Shown here in pieces: positions 17,603 through 27,181 of a stretch of DNA of 64,000 nt. The notes below the pieces were generated by a model that saw nothing but the letters and a program-made list of their open reading frames with translations, had not been told where the DNA came from and did not search any database. The DNA is from Chloroflexota bacterium (GTDB lineage Bacteria; Chloroflexota; Anaerolineae; Promineifilales; Promineifilaceae), in the NCBI GenBank assembly GCA_024277135.1, contig JAJRVV010000103.1:1207-65206 (forward strand), read 5' to 3'. Within the stretch, counting starts at the first letter, position 1. Each line of letters begins with the position of its first letter. The position numbers were made by a program, and so were the translations under genes.

Positions 17603-18817
17603 ATGAACAAGAAGACGATTACCGATATTGATGTGACAGGCAAAAAAGCGCTGGTGCGGGTAGATTTTAATGTGCCCTTGAGCAGTAAAGACCCGAATGA
17701 TGACATTACGGTGACGGACGACACGCGCGTCCGAGCCGCGCTGCCCACGCTGAATTATTTGCTGGACAATGGCGCGGCGTTGATTTTGTGTTCTCATCTG
17801 GGACGGCCGTCCTCCCCCGCCGACGCCCAATTTGCCATGAATCCGGTGGCGGCGCGGTTGAGCCAACTACTGGACAGGCCGGTGCAAAAGCTGGACGAGG
17901 TGGTCGGAGCCAGCGTCACCGCCGCCGCCGCTAACTTGCAGCCGGGGCAGGTGATGCTGCTGGAAAACAGCCGCTTTCACCCCGGCGAGAAGAAAAACGA
18001 CCCGGCGCTGTCCGGCCAACTGGCGGCGTTGGCCGACGTGTACGTGGGCGACGCCTTTGGCTCGGCCCATCGCGCCCACGCCAGCACCGAGGGGGCGGCC
18101 CGCGCCATCCGCGCCAAAGGCGGCCCCGTCGTCGCCGGCTTTTTGATGGGGAAGGAGATTGCGGCGTTGGGCACGGCCGTCGCCAATCCCCCCCATCCCT
18201 ACATCGCCATCATGGGCGGCGCTAAAATCTCCGACAAAATCAAACTGATTGAAAACCTGCGCCACAGCGCCGACAAAATTCTCATCGGCGGCGGCATGGC
18301 CAACACCTTCTTGAAAGCACAGGGACATGAGGTGGGCAAATCCCTGGTGGAAGCTGACGCCCTGCCCGAAGCCGAACGGCTGTTGGCAAAGGCGGCCAAA
18401 CAGATCGTCTTGCCCACCGACGTGGTGGTCGCCGCCGCCTTTGCCGCCGACGCGCCGGCCGATATCGCGCCCATTTACGCTATCCCGGCGCATAAAATGG
18501 CGCTGGACGTTGGCCCGGATACGATTGAGTTGTTCAATGACGCTTTGCAAGGGGCGCGGCTGGTGGTGTGGAACGGGCCGATGGGCGTGTTTGAATTTGA
18601 GCATTTTGCCCAGGGAACCAATGCGTTGGCTGCTTTGCTGGCTGAACTGGCCGGTTTGGGCGTGCAGGTAATCATCGGCGGCGGCGACTCGGCAGCGGCC
18701 GTGCGCCAGGCGGGGCTGACAGACAAGATGACCCACGTCAGCACTGGCGGCGGCGCCAGCCTGGAACTGCTGGAGGGGAAAGAACTGCCGGGCATCTCAG
18801 TTTTGGACAACAGATGA
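17603..18817 (+). CDS. pgk: phosphoglycerate kinase
   Basis: Full-length Pgk ([42 protein letters not shown]). Start set to MNKKTI; the track's upstream extension translates the repeat. Confidence 0.95.
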   Translation: MNKKTITDIDVTGKKALVRVDFNVPLSSKDPNDDITVTDDTRVRAALPTLNYLLDNGAALILCSHLGRPSSPADAQFAMNPVAARLSQLLDRPVQKLDEVVGASVTAAAANLQPGQVMLLENSRFHPGEKKNDPALSGQLAALADVYVGDAFGSAHRAHASTEGAARAIRAKGGPVVAGFLMGKEIAALGTAVANPPHPYIAIMGGAKISDKIKLIENLRHSADKILIGGGMANTFLKAQGHEVGKSLVEADALPEAERLLAKAAKQIVLPTDVVVAAAFAADAPADIAPIYAIPAHKMALDVGPDTIELFNDALQGARLVVWNGPMGVFEFEHFAQGTNALAALLAELAGLGVQVIIGGGDSAAAVRQAGLTDKMTHVSTGGGASLELLEGKELPGISVLDNR

Positions 18818-18947
18818 GTTTATGTCGCTGTCTGCCAAATAAAATCTGTTGGGCGATGGCTGGCTGTCACTCTGCATATGGTACAATAACATCGTATGGC
18901 AACGGCCGTTTCATCACAATTGAGCAATCGTCATCTCAGGTAAAGAC

Positions 18948-19427
18948 ATGGAGAGACAAGAAAAATACAAAGCGCTAGCAGGTGCGTTGGCCGAACAGTT
19001 TGGTGAACGGTTAAAGATGATCGTTCTCTTTGGTTCACAAAGCCGTGGCGAAGCAAAACCAGACAGCGACCATGACATCTTTGTTGTTATTGATGATCTG
19101 CCAATAGACCCTCTGGCGCGTCAGCGAGAAGTGATGATCCCTTTGTTGCCTTTCCTGCTTGATTTGCCGAAGCATTTATCCATTATTGCTAAAACGCCCC
19201 AAGAACTCACAGAAAGCCTCACGCCGCTGATGATAGACGTCTGTATGGATGGAATCAGCTTGTATGGAAAAGCGTACTTTGCTGTTTTACAGGCTAAAGT
19301 TGAACAATTGTTACACGACGCTGGTTTACAACGCCGTCGTCTGGCCGGAACCTGGATGTGGATATTCCCTGTCCTGCATGAAAAAGAGTGGGAAATGAGT
19401 TGGGAAGGCTATCGTGAACCTGTCTAA
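18948..19427 (+). CDS. MNT-type minimal nucleotidyltransferase (antitoxin of a HEPN/MNT module)
   Basis: LFGSQSRGEAKPDSDHDIFVV (GSxxRG...DxD). Overlaps the downstream HEPN gene by 14 nt. Confidence 0.75.
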   Translation: MERQEKYKALAGALAEQFGERLKMIVLFGSQSRGEAKPDSDHDIFVVIDDLPIDPLARQREVMIPLLPFLLDLPKHLSIIAKTPQELTESLTPLMIDVCMDGISLYGKAYFAVLQAKVEQLLHDAGLQRRRLAGTWMWIFPVLHEKEWEMSWEGYREPV

Positions 19428-19860
19428 ACAGATAGCGTATCGTGTTGCTCTGGCAACTGGTTTTCTCCGTGAAGCCGAACAAGATTTCACGCTTGAGCGG
19501 TGGCGATCGTGCGTGGATAATGCGCAACTGACAGTGGAAAATGTGGGGAAGGCGGTTTTAGCCTTGTTTGGCATTGTGCCCAAAACGCATGATCCAGCCC
19601 GCCAGATAGCCGCCATTCTCCGCGGGCAGGAATTGCCAGAGAACATAAGCGAGTTGTTGCGCGCCATGTTGCCAGATTTGTTGGTGTTGGGGACAGAGTC
19701 CCATTTCCTTACAGATTATGGCGATGAAGCTAATTTTATCCTACCCTGGGATTTGTTTACCCAGCGCACAGCCGAGGATGCCTTACAATCGGCGAAAAAG
19801 TTGGTTGAAATGATCCAGACGCTCCCTGATTTGATGAACAGTTGGCGAGAGGATGAATGA
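19414..19860 (+). CDS. HEPN-domain protein (toxin of a HEPN/MNT module)
   Basis: Helical HEPN pattern (FLREAEQDF...ERWRSCVDNAQLTVENVGKAVLALFGIVPKTHD) and coupling to the MNT gene. Confidence 0.7.
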   Translation: MNLSKQIAYRVALATGFLREAEQDFTLERWRSCVDNAQLTVENVGKAVLALFGIVPKTHDPARQIAAILRGQELPENISELLRAMLPDLLVLGTESHFLTDYGDEANFILPWDLFTQRTAEDALQSAKKLVEMIQTLPDLMNSWREDE

Positions 19861-19912
19861 TTGAATACCCGCTTCACGCCTGCTTGTAAAACTTGTTGCG
19901 CTTGAGTGCTTC

Positions 19913-20263
19913 ATGAAATGGCAAGATATTGTGCCTCTCATCATCTCCATCCTGGTCATCATCCTGGTAGCGGCGCTGCAAAAGTACAGCAAGCTGGCGG
20001 CGGCGGTGACGGCGACGATGCCGCTCACCGCCCCGTTGGCTTTGTGGGTGGTCTATTCGCTTAATGACGGCCGTCAAGAAGCGACGACCCAGTTTGCCCA
20101 AAGTATGCTCATCGGCGTCATCCCCACCGTTGGTTTTTTGATCGCCCTCTGGCTGGCGGCGCGGGCCGGGGCCAAACTGGGGCCGATGATTGGGATTGGG
20201 TATGGGGCATGGACGGCCGTCCTCCTGCTCACCCTTCTCCTCAAAAACATCTTCCTTCGCTAA
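19913..20263 (+). CDS. small hypothetical membrane protein
   Basis: 116 aa with 3-4 hydrophobic helices. No family recognised. Confidence 0.45.
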   Translation: MKWQDIVPLIISILVIILVAALQKYSKLAAAVTATMPLTAPLALWVVYSLNDGRQEATTQFAQSMLIGVIPTVGFLIALWLAARAGAKLGPMIGIGYGAWTAVLLLTLLLKNIFLR

Positions 20264-20395
20264 CTCTTTCCCCCGTAATCTTCACGTAATCTTTTAGACA
20301 GATTTCTTTAAGCTGCCTTTTCTACACTGTGCCGGATGCAGGCAATTTTGCCTGCCCGCATAACGGTAAAATTTATGGAAAAGAGGTGTGATTTG

Positions 20396-21175
20396 ATGAG
20401 AAAGTTAACGATGTTGAGTTTGTTGTTACTGGCGCTGCTGTTGCTGGCGGCGTGTAACACGGCCGTCGAAGAAGCGGCGGTGGTGGATACGGCCGTGCAG
20501 TCGGCAGATGAAATGAGCCAGGAAGATGAGATGGCCGATTCCGAAGAGGAAATGCAAGATGACGCCATGGACTCCGAAGACGACATGATGGATTCTGAAG
20601 AGGAAATGGAGGATGACGCCATGGATTCTGACGACGACATGATGGACTCTGACGACGACACGCACGATGGCGCCATGGACTCTGAGGACGACGCGATGGC
20701 TGAAGGGGAAGAGATGGCGGATGAAGAGATGATGCTGGCTGTCTGGCAGGAAATCCCCCTCGTTAACGCCCGTACCGGCGAAACCTTCACCCTGGCCGAT
20801 TTTTCCGGCAAAACCATTTTCATTGAGCCGATGGCTACCTGGTGTACCAACTGCCGCCGCCAGCTCAACAATGTCAAGCAAGCGCGCACCGACCTAAACA
20901 GTGATGAAATCGTCTTCATCGGCCTGAGCCTGGAAACGAACCTGGACGCGGCCACCCTGGCGGCCTACGCTGATAACCAGGGGTATGAGTGGCTGTTTGC
21001 CGTCATGACGCCGGAGCTTTTGCAGGCGATGGCCGAGGATTTCGGGCAAGTCTTGACTTCGGCGCCATCCACGCCTCACTTCGTCATTCGGCCGGATGGC
21101 ACGTTTACGGAATTGGCGACTGGCATTGAGTCGCCAGAAGAAATTTCGGCCCAACTGCTGGCCGCCAGCGGGTAA
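20396..21175 (+). CDS. TlpA/ResA-like thiol:disulfide oxidoreductase lipoprotein with Asp/Glu/Met-rich repeat linker
   Basis: Start at MRKLTMLSLLLLALLLLAAC (lipobox). WCTNC redox motif. About 70 aa of DSEDDMM / DSEEEME-type repeats. Confidence 0.7.
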   Translation: MRKLTMLSLLLLALLLLAACNTAVEEAAVVDTAVQSADEMSQEDEMADSEEEMQDDAMDSEDDMMDSEEEMEDDAMDSDDDMMDSDDDTHDGAMDSEDDAMAEGEEMADEEMMLAVWQEIPLVNARTGETFTLADFSGKTIFIEPMATWCTNCRRQLNNVKQARTDLNSDEIVFIGLSLETNLDAATLAAYADNQGYEWLFAVMTPELLQAMAEDFGQVLTSAPSTPHFVIRPDGTFTELATGIESPEEISAQLLAASG

Positions 21176-21184
21176 TCCCTTTCA

Positions 21185-21215
21185 TTTTCCCGGAAACTCC
21201 GAGTTTCCGGGAAAA
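21185..21215 (+). other. 14-bp perfect hairpin between the TlpA-like gene and ccdA
   Basis: TTTTCCCGGAAACT ccg AGTTTCCGGGAAAA. No U tract follows, so it is not a classical terminator. Confidence 0.5.
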
Positions 21216-21225
21216 TCACTTCATC

Positions 21226-21891
21226 ATGGATCAATTAATTCAAGCATTTGTGTTGGGAAACAGCGCCATTTTGACGAATGTGTGTATTTTGCCGCTGTAT
21301 CCGGGATTAGTAGCGTTTATGGCGGGGAATGCCGGGAACGAGCAAGCGGAACGGGCCACGCGCTGGATGGGAGCGCTGGTGCTGGCCGGAGTGTTGACGT
21401 TGATGACGGCCGTTGGCGGGCTGTTATACCTGCTGCAACAAACCTTCGGCGCGGTTTTGCCGGTGGCGCTGCCTATCATCTATGCCGCCATCATCGGCCT
21501 GGGACTGTTGATGCTGACCGGCCGCAATCCGTTCAACCGATTGAGTCAGATGCAGACGCCGGCGCTGCGCAATCCGTATGTGGCGGCGTATGTGTATGGT
21601 CTGCTGTTGGGGCCTATCACCCTGCCCTGCGCCGGGCCGGTGGTGGTGAGCGCGTTTTTGCTGGGGGCGGGCAGCTTGTCTGGGCTGACAGAGGGATTGG
21701 GCTTTTTCTTCGTGTTTGGTCTGGGGTTTGGCTGGCCGTTGGCGCTGCTACCGTTGCTGGCACGGCCGTTACAGCAGCGCTTTACCCGGTGGATGACGCA
21801 AAACTACGGCTTGCTCACCCGCGTCTCCGGCGTCCTGCTCATCGGCATCGGTCTCTTCGGCATCTACGCCGACATCTTGCCGAATGTGTAG
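21226..21891 (+). CDS. ccdA: cytochrome c biogenesis / thiol-reductant transfer protein CcdA (DsbD family)
   Basis: Six TM helices with the NVCILPLYPG and ITLPCAGPVV Cys motifs. Confidence 0.8.
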   Translation: MDQLIQAFVLGNSAILTNVCILPLYPGLVAFMAGNAGNEQAERATRWMGALVLAGVLTLMTAVGGLLYLLQQTFGAVLPVALPIIYAAIIGLGLLMLTGRNPFNRLSQMQTPALRNPYVAAYVYGLLLGPITLPCAGPVVVSAFLLGAGSLSGLTEGLGFFFVFGLGFGWPLALLPLLARPLQQRFTRWMTQNYGLLTRVSGVLLIGIGLFGIYADILPNV

Positions 21892-21894
21892 AAA

Positions 21895-22065
21895 AGCAAG
21901 AGCTAGAGCGAGAGCTAGAGTTAGGGCAGTATTTCCCCCCTCTAGCAGTTTGTCGGAGAACCCTATTTTGTAGCCGAGGTATCCTTACCTCGCCTCTGGG
22001 AACGCGGTAAGAAACCGCTACAGATACTTTTCCGACAGCCTGCTAGCTCTAGCTCTTGCTCTAGC
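21895..22065. repeat. MITE-like nested inverted-repeat element, copy 1
   Basis: Outer arms GCAAGAGCTAGAGCGAGAGCTAGAG / CTCTAGCTCTTGCTCTAGC. Inner arms CTAGCAGTTTGTCGGAGAA (21942-21960) / TTTTCCGACAGCCTGCTAG (22028-22046). The hairpin-rich core tgtagccgaggtatccttacctcgcctctgggaacgcggta is shared with 48152-48221. Confidence 0.7.
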
Positions 22066-24434
22066 TAATCTTCGGAGCCAAACGCTTTCATTTCTTCGGC
22101 CAGTTCCAGCAGCCGCTTTTGCACGGTATGGTGAACGGTTCCTTCGGGGTAATTGCCCGACTCGTCCGCTACCCCGGCCGGAACGCCGGTCAACAGTTCA
22201 ATCCCCTCATCAATCGTTTCGATGGTCCAAATGTGGAATTGTCCCGATTTAACGGCCGTGACCACATCCTCCCGCAGCATCAAATTATCCATGTTGCTGG
22301 CCGGGATCATCACGCCCTGTTCGCCGGTTAACCCCCGCGCCTGACACACATCAAAAAAGCCTTCGATCTTCTCGTTGACGCCGCCGATGGGCTGAATTTT
22401 TCCCAACTGGTTGACCGAGCCGGTAACGGCGATGCCTTGCTTGATGGGAATGCCGCTCAAGCTGGAGAAAAGCGCGTAAATCTCGGTGGAAGAGGCGCTG
22501 TCGCCGTCCACGCCGCCATAATTTTGCTCGAAGGTGAGGCTGGCGGTGAGGGTGAGCGGTTGGTTCTGCGCGTACTTGCCGCCCAAATAGCCGCGCAGGG
22601 TGAGCAGCCCTTTGTCGTGGATGGGGCCGGACATCTCCGTTTCCCTCTCGATATGGACGACGCCACCCTCGCCCATGAAGGTGCGGGCGGTGATGCGGGA
22701 GGGCTGGCCGAAGGCGTAGTCGCCGGTATCCAGCACGGTCAGCCCATTGACCTGACCGACCACGGCGCCCTCGGTGGCGATGAAGCGGCTGCCTTCCAGG
22801 ATGTGCTCCTGCATCTGCTTTTCCACGCTGTTGGCGCGGTAGCGGCGTTCGTCCAGGGCTTGTTTGACATCGGCGGCGGTGACGGTGGTACGGCCGTTGA
22901 CCTCTGTCCAATAGCTGGCTTCCCGAATCAAATCGGCCACCATACCAAACCGGGTACTCAATTTGTCCTGATGATCGGCCAACCGGGAACCAAACTCAAC
23001 CATCTTTTCCACGGCAGCCCGGTCAAAATGGTTCAGGCCCTCTTCATGGCAAAGCGTGGCCACGAACTGAGCATATTCTGCTTCATGCGCGTCATCACGG
23101 GGCATAAAGGTATCAAAATCAGCCCGTACCTTAAACAGATCGCCGAAATCCTCATCCCGGCTGAACAGAAGATAATACATTGATGGACTGCCCAGGAGGA
23201 TGATTTTCACTTTCAGCGGAATCGCTTCCGGGTCAAGCGATTTAGCCACCACCTGCCCGCTGTCCATGTTAGCCGAAGGTTGGACAAAAATTTCTTTGGT
23301 TTTGAGCGCCCGTTTCAACGCTTCCCACGCCGCCGGATTTTTCATCAGTTCATTGGCGTTCATGATGAGATAACCGCCGTTAGCCCAATGCAAACTGCCA
23401 CATTTGATGTTGGTGAAATGGGTGGAGACAAAGCCGCCATGCATTTCATACTCGATCCGGCCAAACAGGTTGTGGTAAGTGGGGTTTTGCTCGATGATGA
23501 CCGGGGCGCCGCTGGTTTGGCCGTTGTTCACCAACAAATTAACCTGGTACCGGCTCAAATCCATTTGGATGTCGGCTTCTTTGTCCACCGGCGGCGCAAA
23601 GGCGTCAATTTGAGACAGCACATCCTGCCGCACTGCTTCCAGGTAAATTTGCACGTCCTCATTGGCAGTATATTCGGATTTGAGTTGAACAAATAGATGC
23701 TGGATCGCCTTTTGCGCCACTTCATTATCAATTTGCTTTATCGTTTGTTGGGTGTTGGCTTCTGTTTCCCGAAGCTGGTGCAGGATATTTTCCAGTTCGC
23801 CGCCCAGAGTTTGGCGAGTATCGTCCAATTCGCGTCGTTTTTCCACGGGCAGTTGTTGCCACGCTTCTGGGGTCATGGGGCTGCCATCCATCATCGGCGT
23901 CAGCGTAAAACCAGAGGCCGTATTTAGCAAGGCAAATCCCTGCTCCGCCGCCTTTTGTTGGAAGTTTTGCAGCAATTCCGTCTGCTTTTGCTCAAATCCC
24001 TGGCGCACGCCTTGAATCTCTTCCTGGTAAGCATCCGTGTCAAATGCCTGAGGCAGATCGATCTGCAGTTGGTCAATTAATGCCGCCATCTTGTCTTTGA
24101 AGGCGGCGCCCCGCCCGGCGGCGAAAGCGATAGCCCGCGGCTGATGAGGCACAGTGAAATTGTGGACATATATCCAATCAGACGGCGCCGGTTCTTGGCG
24201 GGTTCGATCTTGCAAGAACCGCTCAATGGCCGTCGCCCGGCCCGTGCCCGTCGCCCCCAGGACATACGTGTTGTACCCCTGGCTTTTGATGCCGATTCCA
24301 AATTCAATGGCTCGCGTCCCGCGCGGCTGGCCGATGATTTTGGCGCTGCCAGGTAAGTCGGCCGTCGTCTCAAAGTTGAAATGATTTTGGCTACAAATGT
24401 GGCACAGTTTGTCTGGCGCTAATTCAATGGGCAT
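22065..24434 (-). CDS. Lon-like AAA+ protease (Lon-related family)
   Basis: Walker A GATGTGRATAIERF. C-terminal Lon proteolytic domain (GGVDGDSASSTEIYALFSSLSGIPIKQGIAVTGSVNQLGKIQPIGGVNEKIEGFF). Confidence 0.8.
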   Translation of the reverse strand: MPIELAPDKLCHICSQNHFNFETTADLPGSAKIIGQPRGTRAIEFGIGIKSQGYNTYVLGATGTGRATAIERFLQDRTRQEPAPSDWIYVHNFTVPHQPRAIAFAAGRGAAFKDKMAALIDQLQIDLPQAFDTDAYQEEIQGVRQGFEQKQTELLQNFQQKAAEQGFALLNTASGFTLTPMMDGSPMTPEAWQQLPVEKRRELDDTRQTLGGELENILHQLRETEANTQQTIKQIDNEVAQKAIQHLFVQLKSEYTANEDVQIYLEAVRQDVLSQIDAFAPPVDKEADIQMDLSRYQVNLLVNNGQTSGAPVIIEQNPTYHNLFGRIEYEMHGGFVSTHFTNIKCGSLHWANGGYLIMNANELMKNPAAWEALKRALKTKEIFVQPSANMDSGQVVAKSLDPEAIPLKVKIILLGSPSMYYLLFSRDEDFGDLFKVRADFDTFMPRDDAHEAEYAQFVATLCHEEGLNHFDRAAVEKMVEFGSRLADHQDKLSTRFGMVADLIREASYWTEVNGRTTVTAADVKQALDERRYRANSVEKQMQEHILEGSRFIATEGAVVGQVNGLTVLDTGDYAFGQPSRITARTFMGEGGVVHIERETEMSGPIHDKGLLTLRGYLGGKYAQNQPLTLTASLTFEQNYGGVDGDSASSTEIYALFSSLSGIPIKQGIAVTGSVNQLGKIQPIGGVNEKIEGFFDVCQARGLTGEQGVMIPASNMDNLMLREDVVTAVKSGQFHIWTIETIDEGIELLTGVPAGVADESGNYPEGTVHHTVQKRLLELAEEMKAFGSED

Positions 24435-24550
24435 ATCCTGTCTCCCTTCTCAGCCGATGATGGGTTTTCGTTCAACTTGTATAGGCAAGCGCTAACATTA
24501 TCGTCATGCTCAACTCTGATGGTATGGTACTCTCTGGATAGCGTCAGGGC

Positions 24551-24598
24551 AACAAAAAGGGGAGACCTGGGAGGTTTTAGAAACTTCGCAGGTCTCCC
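24551..24598 (-). terminator. intrinsic terminator after the 24603-25445 gene
   Basis: Minus strand: GGGAGACCTG ... CAGGTCTCCC long hairpin followed by CTTTTTGTTG. Confidence 0.6.
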
Positions 24599-24602
24599 TG
24601 TG

Positions 24603-25445
24603 TTATGCCATCAAGGTTGGTTTGGCTGCCTCATAAACCGCCCAGGCAAAATCCTGCAAACGGGCTGCGCCATTTTCATCGTCAATCAGTTCGGCATAGG
24701 GGAAAATTGATCCCTGCCAGCTTTCGGTGAACCATCTGGCTCCGGCGGGCAGGGGTTTGTGTACCAGGTCATCCGTCTCAAACGGCCAGGGGTTGGAGTA
24801 AAAGTATTGCTGGTCGGCCGTGCCGCCGGGGTAAAAGCCGAGGTTGAGCTGGGAAGGAAGTTTCTGAACCTGGCCATGCTCTTCGTATTCCACCCGGCGG
24901 GTGCCGAACCATTCAAAGGAGAGGTCAAAGCCATGCGGCCAAAGCTGAATGATGCCCAGGTTGACATCTGCGCTGGTTAATTTGGCCCGATGCTTTTGGA
25001 ATACGGCATGGGCGGTTTGCACGGCCGTCCAAAAGGCGCTGGCGGCGGCGGGATCGTATTGGCGCGGTTCGTCATTCTCGAACTTTTCGCGGACATAGTC
25101 GCCGGTCAAGCCCAAATCGGCCACGGCTTTGATGATGGCATCCCCCATTTCTGTGGCGGTGGGAACGGCCGTCATGTCAAATTCTTGCACATCGCCGCCC
25201 GTCGTCTCCAACACTATTTTGTGCTGTTCCAGGTCAAGCCGCAAATGGAAGGCGTCGCCATTGGACAAAGGCATCTCATTCGTGCCCAGGCCGTTGGCCG
25301 AAACTTTCAGGCTGACATGCCACCATTTGGGATGCGCTTCCGCATGGACGCGGGGAATGACGCCGATGGCATTGGCATACAAGTGCAGGGTCTGGCGGGT
25401 TTCTTCCCAGCCGTCAGTCAGATCGGGAAATATGTGATTGGACAT
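24603..25445 (-). CDS. conserved hypothetical protein
   Basis: Start set to MSNHIFPDL (ATG 25445, GAGGAG 5 nt upstream). 280 aa, protein-like composition. I cannot assign a family with confidence. Confidence 0.6.
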   Translation of the reverse strand: MSNHIFPDLTDGWEETRQTLHLYANAIGVIPRVHAEAHPKWWHVSLKVSANGLGTNEMPLSNGDAFHLRLDLEQHKIVLETTGGDVQEFDMTAVPTATEMGDAIIKAVADLGLTGDYVREKFENDEPRQYDPAAASAFWTAVQTAHAVFQKHRAKLTSADVNLGIIQLWPHGFDLSFEWFGTRRVEYEEHGQVQKLPSQLNLGFYPGGTADQQYFYSNPWPFETDDLVHKPLPAGARWFTESWQGSIFPYAELIDDENGAARLQDFAWAVYEAAKPTLMA

Positions 25446-25463
25446 TTTTTCTCCTCGACACAA

Positions 25464-25496
25464 GACATCCGATTTCTTCGCCAGAAATCGGATGTC
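25464..25496. repeat. 14-bp perfect hairpin of the AGAAATCGGATTTCT word family
   Basis: GACATCCGATTTCT tcgcc AGAAATCGGATGTC. Related palindromes AGAAATCTGATTTCT / AGAAATCGGATTTCT at 28161-28193. Confidence 0.6.
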
Positions 25497-25514
25497 TGCA
25501 TTGGCCTCAATTAT

Positions 25515-26024
25515 TTAAGCGCCAAACAAACCTAACAAACTATCCACACTCCACACAAACCAGGAGCCGGTGAACAACAGCGCGATTTGGGCGATGATCA
25601 TGTTCCAGTTTTGGCCTTGCTCGCATTGGTACGCTTTATTGATAGTGATGTCTTTAGGGCGGACGCCGGCCAGCGTCAGGTAGTTCAGATTCAGGAGGAT
25701 GGCGGCGATCAACGAAATGGGGGTGAGAAAACCGAAGATAAGGCCAATGGCAACGGCCGTTTCCCCCGTCAAAATCAAATACGGGAACCAGGAAGCATTG
25801 GGCGCCACCAGCCCCTTAATCATGCGGCCGAACGCCGGAACCGGGTGGTTATCCGCCAGCGCCACCGTCCAATTCACCATTTGCCCGCTGACAAACTGGC
25901 GCAGCGGCTTGTGCAGCACGCTCTTGGCCCACCACAAGCCAATGCCAATCCGTAGCAGCGCCAGCCATTGCTCAACCGTGAGAAAACCAATTACATCGTC
26001 CATGCGGGGATTCCTTTTGCTCAA
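25515..26024 (-). CDS. DoxX-like small membrane protein
   Basis: Four TM helices; LALLRIGIGLWWAKSVLHK-type first helix as in DoxX/DoxD proteins. Confidence 0.5.
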   Translation of the reverse strand: MSKRNPRMDDVIGFLTVEQWLALLRIGIGLWWAKSVLHKPLRQFVSGQMVNWTVALADNHPVPAFGRMIKGLVAPNASWFPYLILTGETAVAIGLIFGFLTPISLIAAILLNLNYLTLAGVRPKDITINKAYQCEQGQNWNMIIAQIALLFTGSWFVWSVDSLLGLFGA

Positions 26025-26262
26025 TTCCAGCCTGATTTTTTGCCTGGAGACTGTTCTTGCTACAGGATAGACGCGGCTGGCACAACCCGCCTTACCTCTG
26101 CCCGCCGCCCGCCATTTGGAACGTTATCTGGAGATCGCGCGAATCTGTCAAAACGAAAAACGTAAAACGAATGGCTGTGATGAAAAGGTATTGCGTTTTA
26201 CGTTTTGCGGCAAATTCCCAAAGCTAAAATTTGGGGTCAGACCGTTTAGATGGATTGGCTGT

Positions 26263-27171
26263 TTACCACCACGTCTGAAACGACACCGTATCCGCGCCCA
26301 CCAGCCGGTCGCCGGGGGCGTAGACGTTAATCTCCAGATCCACCTGAACGCCCGGCGGCACATCGGTCATGTCCAGCGGCGCGTGTACCCAGCTTTCCTC
26401 CTGGGTGACGCCTAAATCCAGCAGCCGCTCCTCTGCCCCAAAGCGCATCACCGCTTCCACGCGCAAATCAGATACCGATTCGCCCCCGTCCTGGTTGATG
26501 ATTTTGATGGTGAGGGTTTGCTCATCCCCGCTATACAGCACCGGCGCCCGCACAGACGCATACACGTCAACGGCCGTCACATTCACCGCCGGCACCACGA
26601 TATTGTCTCGAATGTCGGGCAAAACCACCGCCATCTTGTCGGCAAAATGGGCCGCGCCCAACTGCCCCGGCAACGCCCGGCTTCCTTGTGGCAGTTCAGG
26701 ATACCAGTCCAAACGGCCGTTGCGAAAATACTGCACTGCCCGCTCCCCTTCCAAAATCACCGGCGAAATGGCCGGGCCAAACAGGATCGCTCCCTGATGC
26801 TCGGCGTAAAACGCATTGAACGCCGCTTGAATCGCTTCGGCGTCTTCGGGAACCGGCATATTGTTCACATCCGGCGCGATTTCTGCGCCCAGCGCCGAAA
26901 CCAACACGGCCCCGCTGTCCGGCTCTAATTCCAGCCGCAGATTTTCAAAGTATTGTAGCAGACGGCCGTCATCCGGGGCCGGAAAAGCGGGTTCCAACAC
27001 GTCGCCAAAAACGGCGCGGCCGCCCATCTCCTCATAAAAGGCGCGAAACGGCTCGGCCACCGGAAGGGCAGCGGGGTCGCTGGCGGGGCCGGGTGTTGGC
27101 GCGCAGGCCGCCAGCCAGAACAGGAAAAGGATGAAGGATGAAGGATGAAGGATGAATTGAGACGTTCTCAT
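26263..27171 (-). CDS. hypothetical lipoprotein
   Basis: Start set to MRTSQFILHPSSFILFLFWLAAC (lipobox) at 27171, which avoids overlap with rsgA. The signal-peptide core is encoded by the GAAGGAT repeat (27127-27156). Confidence 0.6.
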   Translation of the reverse strand: MRTSQFILHPSSFILFLFWLAACAPTPGPASDPAALPVAEPFRAFYEEMGGRAVFGDVLEPAFPAPDDGRLLQYFENLRLELEPDSGAVLVSALGAEIAPDVNNMPVPEDAEAIQAAFNAFYAEHQGAILFGPAISPVILEGERAVQYFRNGRLDWYPELPQGSRALPGQLGAAHFADKMAVVLPDIRDNIVVPAVNVTAVDVYASVRAPVLYSGDEQTLTIKIINQDGGESVSDLRVEAVMRFGAEERLLDLGVTQEESWVHAPLDMTDVPPGVQVDLEINVYAPGDRLVGADTVSFQTWW

Positions 27172-27181
27172 CAACAAATTC

